From positions 768,001 through 832,000 of the forward strand of contig CAWCPV010000003.1 of NCBI GenBank assembly GCA_963797555.1: a stretch of 64,000 nucleotides of DNA, given 5' to 3'. Under the pieces are notes generated by a model, which ran no database searches, was not told the DNA's origin, and saw only the letters and a list, made by a program, of their open reading frames with translations. This document shows positions 39,773 to 50,725 of the stretch, piece by piece. The position numbers were made by a program, and so were the translations under genes. Origin of the DNA: an uncultured Gammaproteobacteria bacterium (GTDB lineage: Bacteria; Pseudomonadota; Gammaproteobacteria; CAWCPV01). How positions within the stretch are numbered: position 1 is the stretch's first letter; the number at the start of each line of letters is the position of its first letter.

Positions 39773-40749
39773 GGGGCGGCCCCCGGATGCTTCTTGAGCA
39801 CGTAGCGCGCGACCTTGGCGAGCAGGTCGCGCTGCTGCTGCGCGTCCTCGGGCGCGAGGTGGATGACGGCACGCACCAGGTCGAGGTACTCCGCCTGGCC
39901 CGGCAGGGGCAGCCAATGCTCCTGCTCGGCCTTTCTGCGGTCCTGAAGGAGCAGTTTCGCCGCCTCCTGGAGCAGATCCGGATCGGATCCATCGAAATGG
40001 GCCTCGGCGCGCGCCACCAGGTGGGCAATCAGCTCCTCATCGCCGGCCGGCAGGCGCAGGTACAGCACCAGGCAGCGGCGGATGAAGGCATCCGGGAGGG
40101 CGCGTTCCTCGTTGGTAGTGATGACGACCAGCGGCGGCTCGCCCGTGGCCGTGACGGGGTCGTTCATGCCCTGGGGCGTGAAGCGTCCGGCGCCGAGAGC
40201 TTCCAGCAAGCCGTTCGGGACATCGGTTCCGGCCTTGTCGATCTCGTCGATCAGGACCAGGCAGCCGTTCCCGGGATCGCAGCCGACGGGAAGCGGGGGC
40301 GGCTCGGGCCTGCCCACCTTGCTGGCCTGCTTCCTGGCACTCTCCCAATCGAAGGCCCACCACAGGGCGCGGGGATGGAGATAGTTCTCCACCGCCAGCT
40401 CGCGGTGCAGGTCCGCACGGCTCTCCTTTCCGGCCTCGTGCAGCGCACCCTTGAGCTGGGCATCGGCGAGGCGCGCGACGGCATCGAAATGCCACAGCAG
40501 GTCGCGGGACTCGGTGCGGGCGTCAACCACGTGCTGCACGTAGGCGCGCCCAAGGTCCACGGCCGCGGCCCGCGCGAGCTGGCTCTTGCCGATGCCGGGC
40601 TCGCCGCGCACCAGCAACGGACGCCGAGCGGCGATGGCGGCGTCCACAGCGTCGATCTCGTGCTGATCGAAGACATGTACCTGCTCCGGAGCGGCCTCGG
40701 GCTGATCCAGGCGGACGCTGTCCCCGTGGGCGCTTTTCATACGTCTCAT
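39769..40749 (-). CDS. MoxR-family AAA+ ATPase
   Basis: RPLLVRGEPGIGKS, LIDEIDKA, ITTNEERALPDAFIRRC. Confidence 0.92.
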   Translation of the reverse strand: MRRMKSAHGDSVRLDQPEAAPEQVHVFDQHEIDAVDAAIAARRPLLVRGEPGIGKSQLARAAAVDLGRAYVQHVVDARTESRDLLWHFDAVARLADAQLKGALHEAGKESRADLHRELAVENYLHPRALWWAFDWESARKQASKVGRPEPPPLPVGCDPGNGCLVLIDEIDKAGTDVPNGLLEALGAGRFTPQGMNDPVTATGEPPLVVITTNEERALPDAFIRRCLVLYLRLPAGDEELIAHLVARAEAHFDGSDPDLLQEAAKLLLQDRRKAEQEHWLPLPGQAEYLDLVRAVIHLAPEDAQQQRDLLAKVARYVLKKHPGAAP

Positions 40750-42349
40750 GGGCCGGCATCTCCTTTCTCGGGTGACTCTTGTGGCTTCAACGGGAGCATG
40801 CGACAGAACGGATCGACCAGCGCCCTGTCCTGGCGCTCCTGCTCGAAGGAAGCGTCGAGGCCGAGGAACATGATGGCTGGGTAGTCGTCTTTGAGGGACT
40901 GCACCAGGGTGCGCACGGCGTTCTGACCCTCGGCATCCTCGGGAAGGTAGAACAGCATGTAAAAGGTCTGGCCGCTGTCGCGGCGCTTGTCTGTGAGCAG
41001 ATCGGCGGTAAGCTTGATGCGCTCTTGAGCGCTACCCTCCGGCGCGCCGCGCTGCGGCCGAGAGAAGGCAGCCAACAGGTAATCGTCGATCGCGCGACGG
41101 AATGTCTGTGCGTCTGTCGCCTCCGGACTAAACTTCCTGCTCAGATGGTCCTGCAGGGCCGTCCTGGCTTTGGCGCCGGCGGGGTCGATCCCGCATTCGG
41201 GTATCTGCGGGAGGCTGAGCTCGCCTTCAGGCTGGTCGTCCTCCGCCTCGCGGTGACGAAGCCGGGTTTCGCGGCCGTCGACGCCGGCCATGATGATCTC
41301 GGCGACGGTCTTGATGCTGGCCGGCAGGGCCACCACGGCGGCGCCGAACTGGCTTCCGGTCCATTTGATCACGCCGTAGTCGTAGAGTGCGGGCACGATG
41401 AGCTGCGCGGCCTTCGCGAGGGTCTCGGCGGCGCTCGCGCTCTGTTCAGCGGCGCCGCCATCATCCTCGCAGAGCGAGCGGTGGGCCGCACGCAGGGCCT
41501 GGATCACTGGGCGTATATCGGTCTCCAGCAGGCGCTCAGCCAGCCGATCGACCCTTGGCTCGCCTTCGAGCCCGGCCGGCTCGTCGGGCATCCCGAGCTG
41601 TCCCGCCACGGCTTCGACCGCGCTCGATGAGCGAGCGAGCGCCTTTACGAGCCGGCCCTTTATCTTGGCAAGATGCGCACGCTGCTCGTCGTAACCAATC
41701 AAGTCGCGAAAGCGCTGGTCTTCCAGCAGTTGCCATACGGGGGTCGCGAACAGCTTCCTGGCGTTGAACTTCGGTGGAACGCTCTGCACCACACCGAGGA
41801 TCTTGCGGCCGACGAACACCGGCATGCCGGAGGCACCCTTCCAGTCATCCTCTTCTTCTGGGGCCACACCTCCACGGTCAGCTCGAAGTACGGTTCCCCA
41901 GGCGCCTTCGAGCAGACCTTGCCGATGAAGCTGCTGGGGTTGCGTTGGTGCTCGTATTTGGTTGCGCGGGGGAAGCCCTCGCTGACCCACTCCATGCCGT
42001 CGCGCGGCCTGTCGCAGGAAACGATGCCCCAGCCCGCGGCGTCGCGCGGCCGCGGGCAGCGGATCAGAGCGGCATCCAGGTCGCCCTGCCCCTGCCAAAC
42101 GATATCCGCGTCGGGGATCTCGTGCCACTCGGGTACAACGTCGGAACGGATGTAATGCCAGCGCAGCTTCACCGGATAGCGGTTGTCCCGGCAGTACGGC
42201 GGTTCCGGGTTCAGGACGTGGCGGGCGGTCAGGATCATGTCCTTACCGACGGGATAGCCGGTGGCGAGCTCGCCGCGCTTGCCTTTGAAGTCGGCTCCGG
42301 TCTCGTCCGTGGTTGGCACGAAGACCGCGATCAAAAGCGCCTTGTCCAT
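40746..42349 (-). CDS. Trypsin-like peptidase fused to a helical MoxR-vWA-associated domain (frameshift near 41860)
   Basis: Catalytic triad LTARHV, DLDAALI, WKGASG split over two overlapping ORFs. Confidence 0.8.
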
Positions 42350-42389
42350 TCACCGACCCCCATCCTTCTCGCGATGCCACGTCCGCCCC

Positions 42390-42692
42390 CTAGTCGGGCA
42401 GGTCGTCCACGTCGGATACCTTGGCGGGCTCGCCTTGCGGCCCCACCACCGGCTTAAGCCTCAACTTGAGCTTCTGCGTCTTGGCCTCCGACGCCTTTCC
42501 CTCAGCGTCTGCGCTGAGCACCCAGAACTTGATGCCGAAACCGCCTTTGCCTTCTTGGGTGGCGGCCACCTGCAACTCGATCTCGATGTCATCGATGAGA
42601 AACTTCAGATCCGAGCCCTCACCCTCCCCTTGGGCCTGCAGCAACTCTGTGCGCAGTTGAGCAAGCATCTCCGACAGCGGAATCTTGTCCAT
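42390..42692 (-). CDS. Trypsin-co-occurring (Trypco2-like) protein
   Basis: IPLSEMLAQLRTEL...IEIELQV...GGFGIKFWVL...QKLKLRLKP, directly upstream of the trypsin gene. Confidence 0.85.
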   Translation of the reverse strand: MDKIPLSEMLAQLRTELLQAQGEGEGSDLKFLIDDIEIELQVAATQEGKGGFGIKFWVLSADAEGKASEAKTQKLKLRLKPVVGPQGEPAKVSDVDDLPD

Positions 42693-42949
42693 ACGATCAC
42701 CTCGCGTGTGTGATTTGCGCGCGTTAAATCATCCTGGCTCCGTGGGTTTGTGTCGTTGTCACAACCTACTTATTTGATAGCCTTAAAGTAAGTATGTAAG
42801 CTCAGATGTCCCAAATTCACCGGCAGGTGAAATCCGAAACCGTTCATGCTAGAGCGGTCCGACCAAGAATTCTACACGTCGCACTGCAGCCTGGCGCCGC
42901 TGGGCTTGTTGGCCAAGCAGCCTCCCGGATGAGTTCGGCGCTGAGGGCC

Positions 42950-43265
42950 ATGGCGGAGATGTGCGTCGCTGAGCCGGGGACGCCCTATGGGGACCCGCTC
43001 TTCGCCGAACGCGGGGAACGCGCCATCGAAGATGGGTTTCCCGTCGAGGCAGTGAGCGAAGTCGCCGAAGTCGAGAGCTGGCGCAAGGAAATTTACCGAC
43101 CCGTCTACCACGTCCACAAAGTGGCGGGCTCAGCGCCTGGGTTCCGTCTTCCGCGCCGCCATGCTCGGGGCCGCGGCCCCAAGGGGTTCGGCGGTCATGG
43201 AGCTGTTCTACGAGCCTGTGCGCCCGCCGGGCGTCGTGGTTTTCGACCCGTTCATGGGGAGCGGA
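42950..43265 (+). pseudogene. Adenine DNA methyltransferase (DUF1156-like) 5' fragment
   Basis: ESWRKEIYRPVYHVHK.(W)AQRLGSVFRA and VVFDPFMGSG, then truncated. Confidence 0.8.
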
Positions 43266-43611
43266 CCGGAGCTACGGGCAACGCTTCCCCGGGTCGTGCG
43301 CTCCGGCTTCTTGACCTCAATGGCTACGATGCGGTCGGCGTCCTTCGCCAGATCGTTCGCGTTCGCTCCGCGGCACTCGTCCGGTCTGTACAAGCCCATA
43401 TCCGGCGTGATCAGCGGGCCGCTGGCTCGGGTGCAGGTAAACCCGCCCAAGACGGCGAGCACCTGAGTGGCAAGGTACTCATCGAACGGGTCGCCCTGGG
43501 TGTTGCGCTTGTCACGAAGCTCGAACGGGAGCGGGTTCCTGCGTCGCCGAAGAACTGCCGCCGCAGCGTCATGAAAGCGATTGTTGGGAGGTCTGGTGCT
43601 TTGTTTTCCAT
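43264..43611 (-). pseudogene. Restriction endonuclease 5' fragment
   Basis: TQGDPFDEY...LITPDM...IVAIEVKK PD-(D/E)xK pattern, convergent with the methylase fragment. Confidence 0.6.
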
Positions 43612-43670
43612 TTGTGAGCACGCCGCTCGAAAGACGAGGCCCCTGTGACGCGTGCGCTCACGCCCACCTC

Positions 43671-43765
43671 TTCATTCTGTACGAGGAGTGTACGGAATCC
43701 AGGAGCAAGGATGCCGAGGCATGCCGTCCGTGGCCTCTGGATTCCGGCTTCCCAGCCGGAATGAC
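43671..43765. repeat. REP-like palindromic doublet
   Basis: TCATTC...CGGAATCCAG and CTGGATTCCGGC-TTCCCA-GCCGGAATGAC in inverted arrangement. Confidence 0.6.
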
Positions 43766-43859
43766 ACTCGAAACTTACGCTTGTGCGCCGTGGACTGGAT
43801 GTCGGGGATGAACGCCTCGGAAGGTGCAGGGTGCGGCAGCGACGGTTGAACCGAGCGGC

Positions 43860-44087
43860 TCAGTCGGTCTCCCGCAATTCCAGTCGGCGCTCGATGCGTT
43901 CGACGCGCCGCTCGAGATCCCGCACGCGGTCGTTACCCGCGTAGACGGCTGTGGTGAGTCCGGCGATCTGCTGGCCCAGCGCGGTGATCGCGACCTCCAC
44001 GCCAGTAACGCGGTTCTTGATGTCTGCGATATCCGCGCGGATGGTGCGCAAGTGCTCCAAGACGAGATTTTCGGTCTGCTCGGTCAT
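43860..44087 (-). CDS. Small coiled-coil hypothetical protein
   Basis: ENLVLEHLRTIRADI...RVERIERRLEL. Confidence 0.75.
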   Translation of the reverse strand: MTEQTENLVLEHLRTIRADIADIKNRVTGVEVAITALGQQIAGLTTAVYAGNDRVRDLERRVERIERRLELRETD

Positions 44088-44374
44088 GTCTCAAGCCCTT
44101 ATACCCAAGCCCCGCGCCCAATTCCGATCATGCCCGCAGTATAGCACTGACCGCCCCCGCATCTGCGCTATGCGGTCCTTGCTGTATAGCTCCGATTTCT
44201 CTGGACACGAAGAGAAGTGATACTTGAACCGTCGTGCAGAGGAGATCGGAGATGGGCAAGAAGTCCACGTTGAGTGCTGGAGAGCGTGGCCATTAACCGT
44301 CGGCTCTCCGCTGCTCAGGACGCCATCGATCGCATCGATATGGCGATCCCAAGCAAGGCGCGACAGGAACGCCC

Positions 44375-44560
44375 GTGAACCACGACCACCGGGTTCTGTG
44401 GTCGCTGCCCGAGGCCGCCCGACAGCTCGGCGGGCTGTCCGTGCGAACTATCCAACGCGAGATGCACCGCTTACCAGATCCTCTGCCGCACCTGCGCATC
44501 GGTCCTGATCAGCGCGGAGGAGGCCCGGGCGTGGGTCGCTCGGCGGATGCGCGGCGGGCA
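44375..44560 (+). pseudogene. Excisionase-like HTH remnant
   Basis: LWSLPEAARQLGGLSVRTIQRE...LPHLRIG, downstream of tRNA-Lys. Confidence 0.55.
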
Positions 44561-44974
44561 ACCCAGCGAAGTTCCCCGCCCGGGCACCCGCGGCTGTGGA
44601 TGCTTTTGCTGGCACCCCATCGCGTCCGAATAGCGAGGTTAGAGCGAAAGTTCGGCCGTCGGAGGGCGCGACCTATTCTGCCGTAAGGCTGAGGGGCCAG
44701 CCAAAGGACACCTTCGTTCAAGGCGGCCGGCTTCGTAGGACGCCCCAGGCGCCGCGATCTCGCCCGAACCTATACCCTGAGAATCCCCCCGACCTGGACC
44801 CCGCCCATGCGCGGGGTTCTTTAATTGTACCCGCGTGGTCACTGTAACAGCGTTACAGTTCGTCACAGGTAACACCCCGGTCGGGTCTGTGACGCCCCTG
44901 CCGGATTCTATGACAAATCCCGTGACATGGATTCTGCTGTGACTCGCCGACTCTTGAAAACCCTCGTGAGAGTG

Positions 44975-45047
<73 letters not shown>

Positions 45048-45089
45048 CGGCACATTACATCACAGCGCATGAGCCGATTTCAACAGACA

Positions 45090-45166
45090 TGGGGTGAGCG
45101 ATGGGACTCGAACCCACGACAACCGGAACCACAATCCGGGGCTCTACCAACTGAGCTACGCCCACC
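45090..45166 (-). tRNA. tRNA-His(GTG)
   Basis: Cloverleaf with CCGGATTGTGGTTCCGG anticodon arm, G-1 and CCA. Confidence 0.95.
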
Positions 45167-45180
45167 ATCGAGTGATGCTG

Positions 45181-45257
45181 TGGCGCGCCCGGCAGGACTC
45201 GAACCTGCTACCCTCGGCTTAGAAGGCCGATGCTCTATCCGGATGAGCTACGGGCGC
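45181..45257 (-). tRNA. tRNA-Arg(TCT)
   Basis: GCGCCCGTAGCTCATCCGGATAGAGCATCGGCCTTCTAAGCCGA...CCA. Confidence 0.95.
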
Positions 45258-45287
45258 GTGACTTGAGGACATTGGCACACCTCAAAG

Positions 45288-45364
45288 TGGTCGGGGTAGA
45301 GGGATTTGAACCCCCGACAACCTGCTCCCAAAGCAGGTGCGCTACCAGGCTGCGCTATACCCCG
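45288..45364 (-). tRNA. tRNA-Pro(TGG)
   Basis: CGGGGTATAGCGCAGCCTGGTAGCGCACCTGCTTTGGGAGCAGG...CCA. Confidence 0.95.
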
Positions 45365-45412
45365 CGTGACGCCTCGCCCGAACTCCCGATTTGGGCGCTA
45401 TAAGCTGCCCCA

Positions 45413-45441
45413 ATGATACGTTGCAACATCCCCCAGGTCAA
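45413..45441 (-). promoter_or_regulatory. Sigma70 promoter of the tRNA operon
   Basis: TTGACC-17 bp-TATCAT followed by a GC-rich discriminator. Confidence 0.7.
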
Positions 45442-46001
45442 CGCGGAAGCACGACCCGTCCAACTCCCTCGATGAGGGCAGGTGGCGAGGGGTGGGATTG
45501 GGGATTGCGTAAGACGAAAGACTGAGGCGGGGAGCCAACCGATGGAGAACCTTCCAGCCGTGATGGGGTTGAGGCGATTCTTCCGGTGCACGCAGAGAGT
45601 AGGCCAGGTTCTGCCGATGCGATAGGTTGAAGTGGGTCGTCTCCGTTGCCGCCTGGTTTCCCGGCTGTGCCACAATATCTCAACCCTACGTCTATGCCCG
45701 GCCCGTCGCAGGTAGGCTCGGGGACTGGTGCTTTCGGCCGATGAGGCCGGACTCCAGGGTCCGCGTACAGCCCAAAGCTGACGGCACAGCCACGGCCTAC
45801 TCCACTTGGTCCAGCGCTGGTTGCTTCCCCCCCTCAGGCCGGATAGGGCAACCCTTTCGCTCCCGCCCCACTACACAGGACCTTCGTCACTGCCGGGTCG
45901 GAAGAGGCGCCCGCAGGGCTGACCTTCGCCTGCCGCTCAAAGCGCGCCCGCAGTACTCCCTTACACAGCTCTCTCACAGAGCCGTCTTCAGGAAGATTCA
46001 A

Positions 46002-47712
46002 CCTAAACTCGGCAGTTGACCGAGGCCATGAATCGCTGAAAGCCAGTATTGGTGCGGCATTCCGAGGCTTTCGAGCAGCTGCGGAGCAGTTACTTTTGGG
46101 TGATGCCCGAGTCATAAGGACGTCCACTGCGATCAGCCACTTGCCGGGAAATTACTGATTCGACTCCCGAATCTAGCAGCCTGTCGGACTTGAGCTTCCC
46201 AAGACCATCCCAAACCGTTTCAGTGTTGCTTTTGCACCAAAATGGGCGATTTAGGGCCGGAATTTGGCCATTTTTCCGCCAACTTCCCGGTTACAGACGC
46301 AATACGGCCATGCGCTTCAGATTCCACGCGAGACAGACCAGCGTCCATTCGTTGCGGACGTTTTCCAGGCCGCGCAACAGAAACTGACGAAAGCCCATCA
46401 CCGACTTGAGGATGCCGAACACCGGCTCCACCGTCTGCTTGCGTAGGGCATAGGCTGCTTTGCCTGCGCGGGTCTTGAGCCTGTGCTTCATCGTCTCGAG
46501 CGGCGCCGCCTTTTCCGGCAGGGGCTGCGGCTCGCTGAAGCGTTGCTTCCAGTCAGGATGGTGCTCTTCGCGATTTACCGCGATCAGCGGCTCGATCTCG
46601 GCGTCTTGGCAAGCGGCAGACATTCTTCTCGCTGTAATAGCCGGTATCGGCCGCCAAGGAGTCTCGGGCTATTCAGCCCCGCGGGCAGCGCTTGGAGCTT
46701 CTCCAGCATCGGCTGGAGCTGTTGCTTGTCGTTGGGCGCCTGGGTGACATGGGCGAGCAGCACCAGCATGGATTCGTTGTCCACGATGGCCTGGGCGTTG
46801 TAGCTCTGCTCGAAGCCGCCGCCCGACTCGGGCATGATCCGGGACTCTTCGTCGGTGAGGTTGATTCTCGTCGTCGGCACGCGGGCCGCTCTCGGGCGGC
46901 TTGGGCGCCCTGCCTTTGGGCTTCTTGCCGGTAGCGGCTGCCTGAGCCTCGCGGGCGGCCACCTTGGCCTCATACTCGGCCTGCTCGTGCGCGAAGCGCT
47001 CTTGCGCGCGCGCCTCGATTTTGGCCTTCGCCTCGGCGATGGCGGCCAGCCGCTCTTCCCGGCGCTTGAGCTCCTCCGGAAGGCTCATGCCGTCCGGGAT
47101 CGGCGTCTGGTCGGTGGCTTCGGCCAGCTTGAGCAGCTCCTGCACCTCGGCCTGGAGGCTCGCTTCAATCTTCTCGGCATGGCCATAAGACAAGGCACTG
47201 TGGCGGCTCGCGTTGGCGTGGATCTTGGTGCCGTCCAGGCTGACCGCGCCGAACCGCGAGAGCTGATTCTCCCGTGCCACTTGCAACACTTGCACGAAGG
47301 CCGATTCGAATTGCTTGCCAAAGCGCTGACGGAAGCTGGCCAGGGTGTCATGATCGGGGTGCAGGTTGCAGGCGATGTAACGAAACGCCAGGGAATCGTG
47401 AGGCTCGCGCGCTCGATCTTGCGGCTGGAGAAGGTGCCTGTGGCATACCCGTAGATCAACAGCGATAACAGCATCGCTGGGTGGTAGGCCACACTGCCTT
47501 TGCCCGCATAGGCGCGCTCCAGCTCGCTCAGATCCAGCCCTTCGACCACGTCTACCACGTAGCGGGCGAGATGCCCTTCAGGCAGCCACTCCTGCACCGA
47601 TGGTGGCAGTAAAAAGGCCGTGTCACGGTCAATCGGGCGGAAGCGGCTCATCACGGAACTCCTCGGGGCGGAGGCCGCTATTGTACAGGGATAAGTCCGA
47701 CAGGCTGCTAGG
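46002..47712. mobile_element. MITE (about 176 bp once IS1182 is removed)
   Basis: Termini CCTAAACTCGG / CCGAATCTAGG; 5-bp direct repeat TTCAA at 45997-46001 and 47713-47717. Confidence 0.7.
46177..47707 (-). mobile_element. IS1182-family insertion sequence (transposase 47651-46291, frameshifted)
   Basis: 15-bp TIR CAGCCTGTCGGACTT, CTAG duplication; LLPPSVQEWLPEGHLA, DGTKIHANAS, RKQTVEPVFG. Confidence 0.92.
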
Positions 47713-48671
47713 TTCAAGGAAGGGACCGAGGCTGACCGGCTTCACCCGCCCATACTCGCCGGACAGCCGGCGCTCGGGGAGCCCGCGTCCAACCCCGGTG
47801 ACGCCAGCGCTTGAACAGGTGCAACCACAATCGTCGCACGATCCCGGCCTCAAGACGGTGGAGAGCTTGCGCACGCGGGCCTTACAAAAGTACAAACCCC
47901 AGCCACGAATGACTGGGTCGATGTGCTCGATCAGCTCCCCGGTGCTGGAGAGGATTCGCCCGGGGATAAGCATACCGAATCCCCCGAACGAATCCGGGTG
48001 CGGATCTGCCTGGCGGCCATCGGCCGACTATCCCGCTTGACCGCTGCCCGCGGACATGGTTTCAGGTTTCTTCGGCGACAAGGTCGTCACCCCTAGCCAC
48101 TGCATTCCGCTGGGCCGCTTCAGCGCCGCATGGGCTTCCCGGGGGCTCCGGCAGGTTCACCCGCCAATCATCCGCGTCTCGGGTGATCCGAAAGCCGTTT
48201 CCGGGCATCTCCCCGTCCAAGGCCGTAAGCAGGAGATTCTGCCGGAGCAGACGCCAGTTCGCCTCCCGCTGCGCATCGAACGCCGCCCGGTCTTCTCGAT
48301 CGACGCGTCCGCCCCCCGGTTGCGCTCCACCCTCTCCCAGGCCATCTCCAAGTTCTTCCACTGCACTGGTCAATTTTGACCCCAGAGTGGGGACCTTCCT
48401 TTCCCTATGGGGTCAAGCCAGTCCGCCAGTCTCTTCGGCCGCTGTCGTTCGAGTCTTTCACTGAAGGAACTGGTCCACGTCATCGGCCTCACTCACCCGC
48501 TCGCCGGCTCTACCCAAGCCCCTCTGCCTTACCCCCCCCTGCCCATACCGGCCCGAAAAGGCTCGAGTTTCGAGATGAGGCGATGTCCAACCTCACGATT
48601 CAGCCCGAGCCTTTCAGAGCCAGTGGAACTACAGGCTCCTGGCGAAGGACACTGGATGAGGGTATTTTAGG

Positions 48672-49349
48672 GTGAGTTCTTACGGTAGGGTTTTGGTTGA
48701 CACAGTGTCACGGCCCGCCTTGGAGTTGCATGAATCGTCCGACGCTCTCGCGCGCCGCGCGGCCGAGCTGGTCGAGGCGGGCCGTTGGCTGGCGGGCCGC
48801 GGGTGGGTGCCGGCGACGAGCGGCAACTTGTCCGCGCGTCTCGCAGGCGATCGCGTCGCCATCACCGTCTCGGGCCGGCACAAGGGCCGTCTGGCACCGG
48901 AGGACATCATGCTGGTGGATGTCGAGGGGCGCTCGCTGGACGGCAAGCGCGCCTCTGCCGAGACGCTCCTTCACACCTCGCTCTACCAGCGTTACCCGGA
49001 CGTGGGGTCGGTGTTGCACGTTCACTCGGTGAACGCGACGCTGATCTCCCGGCGCCGTCAGGGGGAGCTGGTGCTGCACGGCTATGAGCTGCTGAAGGCT
49101 TTCCGGGGCATCGACACCCACGAGACCAGCGTCGCCGTGCCGGTCTTCCCCAACGACCAGGACATCGCGCGCCTGGCACGGGCGGTGGAGGCGTACCTGG
49201 ACGAGCGGGCGCCAGTACACGGCTACCTCATCGCGGGACATGGCCTGTACGCCTGGGGTACCTCGGTGGAGGAGGCCCTGAGGCACGTAGAGGCATTCGA
49301 CTTTCTGTTCGAATGCGAGCTTCGACAGGAGGGGATCTGGCAACGATGA
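48672..49349 (+). CDS. mtnB: Methylthioribulose-1-phosphate dehydratase (start uncertain)
   Basis: PATSGNLSAR, SAETLLH, VLHVHS, GHGLYAWG. Confidence 0.93.
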   Translation: MSSYGRVLVDTVSRPALELHESSDALARRAAELVEAGRWLAGRGWVPATSGNLSARLAGDRVAITVSGRHKGRLAPEDIMLVDVEGRSLDGKRASAETLLHTSLYQRYPDVGSVLHVHSVNATLISRRRQGELVLHGYELLKAFRGIDTHETSVAVPVFPNDQDIARLARAVEAYLDERAPVHGYLIAGHGLYAWGTSVEEALRHVEAFDFLFECELRQEGIWQR

Positions 49350-49906
49350 GCAGCCTCACTATCTTCCTCGAGGATAGCCCCGAGCGCGGCGAGCTGGTCA
49401 GCGAGCATCACGAGATGGCCGCCCGGCTGGCGCGAGTGGGTGTCACGCTGCAGCGCTGGGAGGCCGACCGGCCGCTTCCGGCCACCGCATCCGATGAGGA
49501 GGTCATTACCGCCTACCGCGAGTCCGTCGACCGGCTTATGCGGGACTTCGGCTTCCAGTCGGTGGACGTGGTCGGCATGCGCCCCGACCACCCCAAGAGG
49601 GAGGAGCTGCGACAGAAGTTCTTGGACGAGCACGCCCACGGCGACTTCGAGGTCCGTTTCTTCGTGGAAGGCCGCGGCATGTTCTACATCCACACCGCCG
49701 GGCGGGTGTACGCCATGCTCTGCGAAAAAGGCGACCTCATCAGCGTGCCGGCCGACACCCCGCACTGGTTCGACATGGGGCGGCAGCCCAGCTTCCGCTG
49801 CATCCGGCTGTTCACCACACCGGAAGGCTGGGTGGCGAGCTTTACCGGCAGCCCCATCGCGCGCCGCTTCCCGACCTTCGATGCGCTGGTCGCCCGGACG
49901 GCATGA
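49346..49906 (+). CDS. mtnD: Acireductone dioxygenase
   Basis: [27 protein letters not shown]. Confidence 0.93.
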   Translation: MSSLTIFLEDSPERGELVSEHHEMAARLARVGVTLQRWEADRPLPATASDEEVITAYRESVDRLMRDFGFQSVDVVGMRPDHPKREELRQKFLDEHAHGDFEVRFFVEGRGMFYIHTAGRVYAMLCEKGDLISVPADTPHWFDMGRQPSFRCIRLFTTPEGWVASFTGSPIARRFPTFDALVARTA

Positions 49907-50593
49907 TCCGGGCCGTCGTCACGGACATCGAGGGGACGACGTCCTCGCTCTCCTTCGTCAAGGATGTGCTGTTCCCATACGCCCGCAAGCACATCGCAAA
50001 GTTCCTGGAGCAGCACCGCAGCGAGCCGCAGGTGCTCCATCAACTGGACGAGGTGCGCCGGATGGCGGGCAAGAGCCTCAGCGACGAAGAGGTGGCCGCT
50101 GAGCTGGAGCGCTGGATTCGCGAGGACCGCAAGGCGACCCCCCTCAAGACGCTGCAGGGAATGATCTGGGAGGCGGGCTTCCGCGGGGGTCGCTTCCAGG
50201 GCCACGTCTACGAGGACGCCGTGCGCCGCCTGCGAGAATGGCGCGCGCGGGGGATCCGGCTCTACGTGTTCTCCTCCGGCTCCGTGCAGGCCCAGAAGCT
50301 GCTCTTCGGCCACTCGGCGCACGGAGACCTCACGCCCCTCTTCTCCGGCTACTTCGACACCACGCTCGGGCCCAAGAGGGAGCCCGAATCCTACCGCGCC
50401 ATCGCCCACATCATCGGCCAACCGCTCTCCGAGACCTTGTTCCTGTCGGAACGTCCCGGCGGAGCTGGACGCCGCCCGCGAGGCCGGCATGCTGACGGTG
50501 CAGCTCGCACGCCCGGAGGACTATCCGCAGGCCGCGGGACAGAAGGCCGGCGGCCATCCGATCGCGCACAGCTTTGACGAGATCCGTCTATAG
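49903..50593 (+). CDS. mtnC: Enolase-phosphatase E1 (single frameshift near 50452)
   Basis: [29 protein letters not shown]; [10 protein letters not shown] continues in another frame. Confidence 0.9.
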
Positions 50594-50725
50594 CCGACTG
50601 GGCGAACCCGCCGGCCACTCTCCGCTGCCCGCGCTCTCGACTCTTCCGGCTCGTAGCCGAGCCAGGGGCCTGGCCAGCGCTCCACGGTCCGCACGTCCAT
50701 GCTTCTGCGGCGAGCGCACAGCGTC

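Larger units (their letters stand above)
45892..48655 (-). mobile_element. Degenerate group II intron, interrupted by MITE and IS1182
   Basis: RT N-terminal remnant KNLEMAWERVERNRGA (~48360), maturase remnant LIEHIDPVIRGWGLYF (~47930), D5/D6-like GAGAGCTGTGTAAGGGAG...GCGCCTCTTCCGACCCGGC (45973-45892). 5' boundary approximate. Confidence 0.7.

Noticed and set aside
47710-48400. Reverse transcriptase serving the DGR targets
   Set aside because: It has a maturase domain and D5/D6 of a group II intron and is heavily decayed; no YxDD motif is visible.
48480-48700. SAM riboswitch upstream of mtnB
   Set aside because: No recognisable SAM riboswitch core; the region fits the 5' part of the minus-strand intron.
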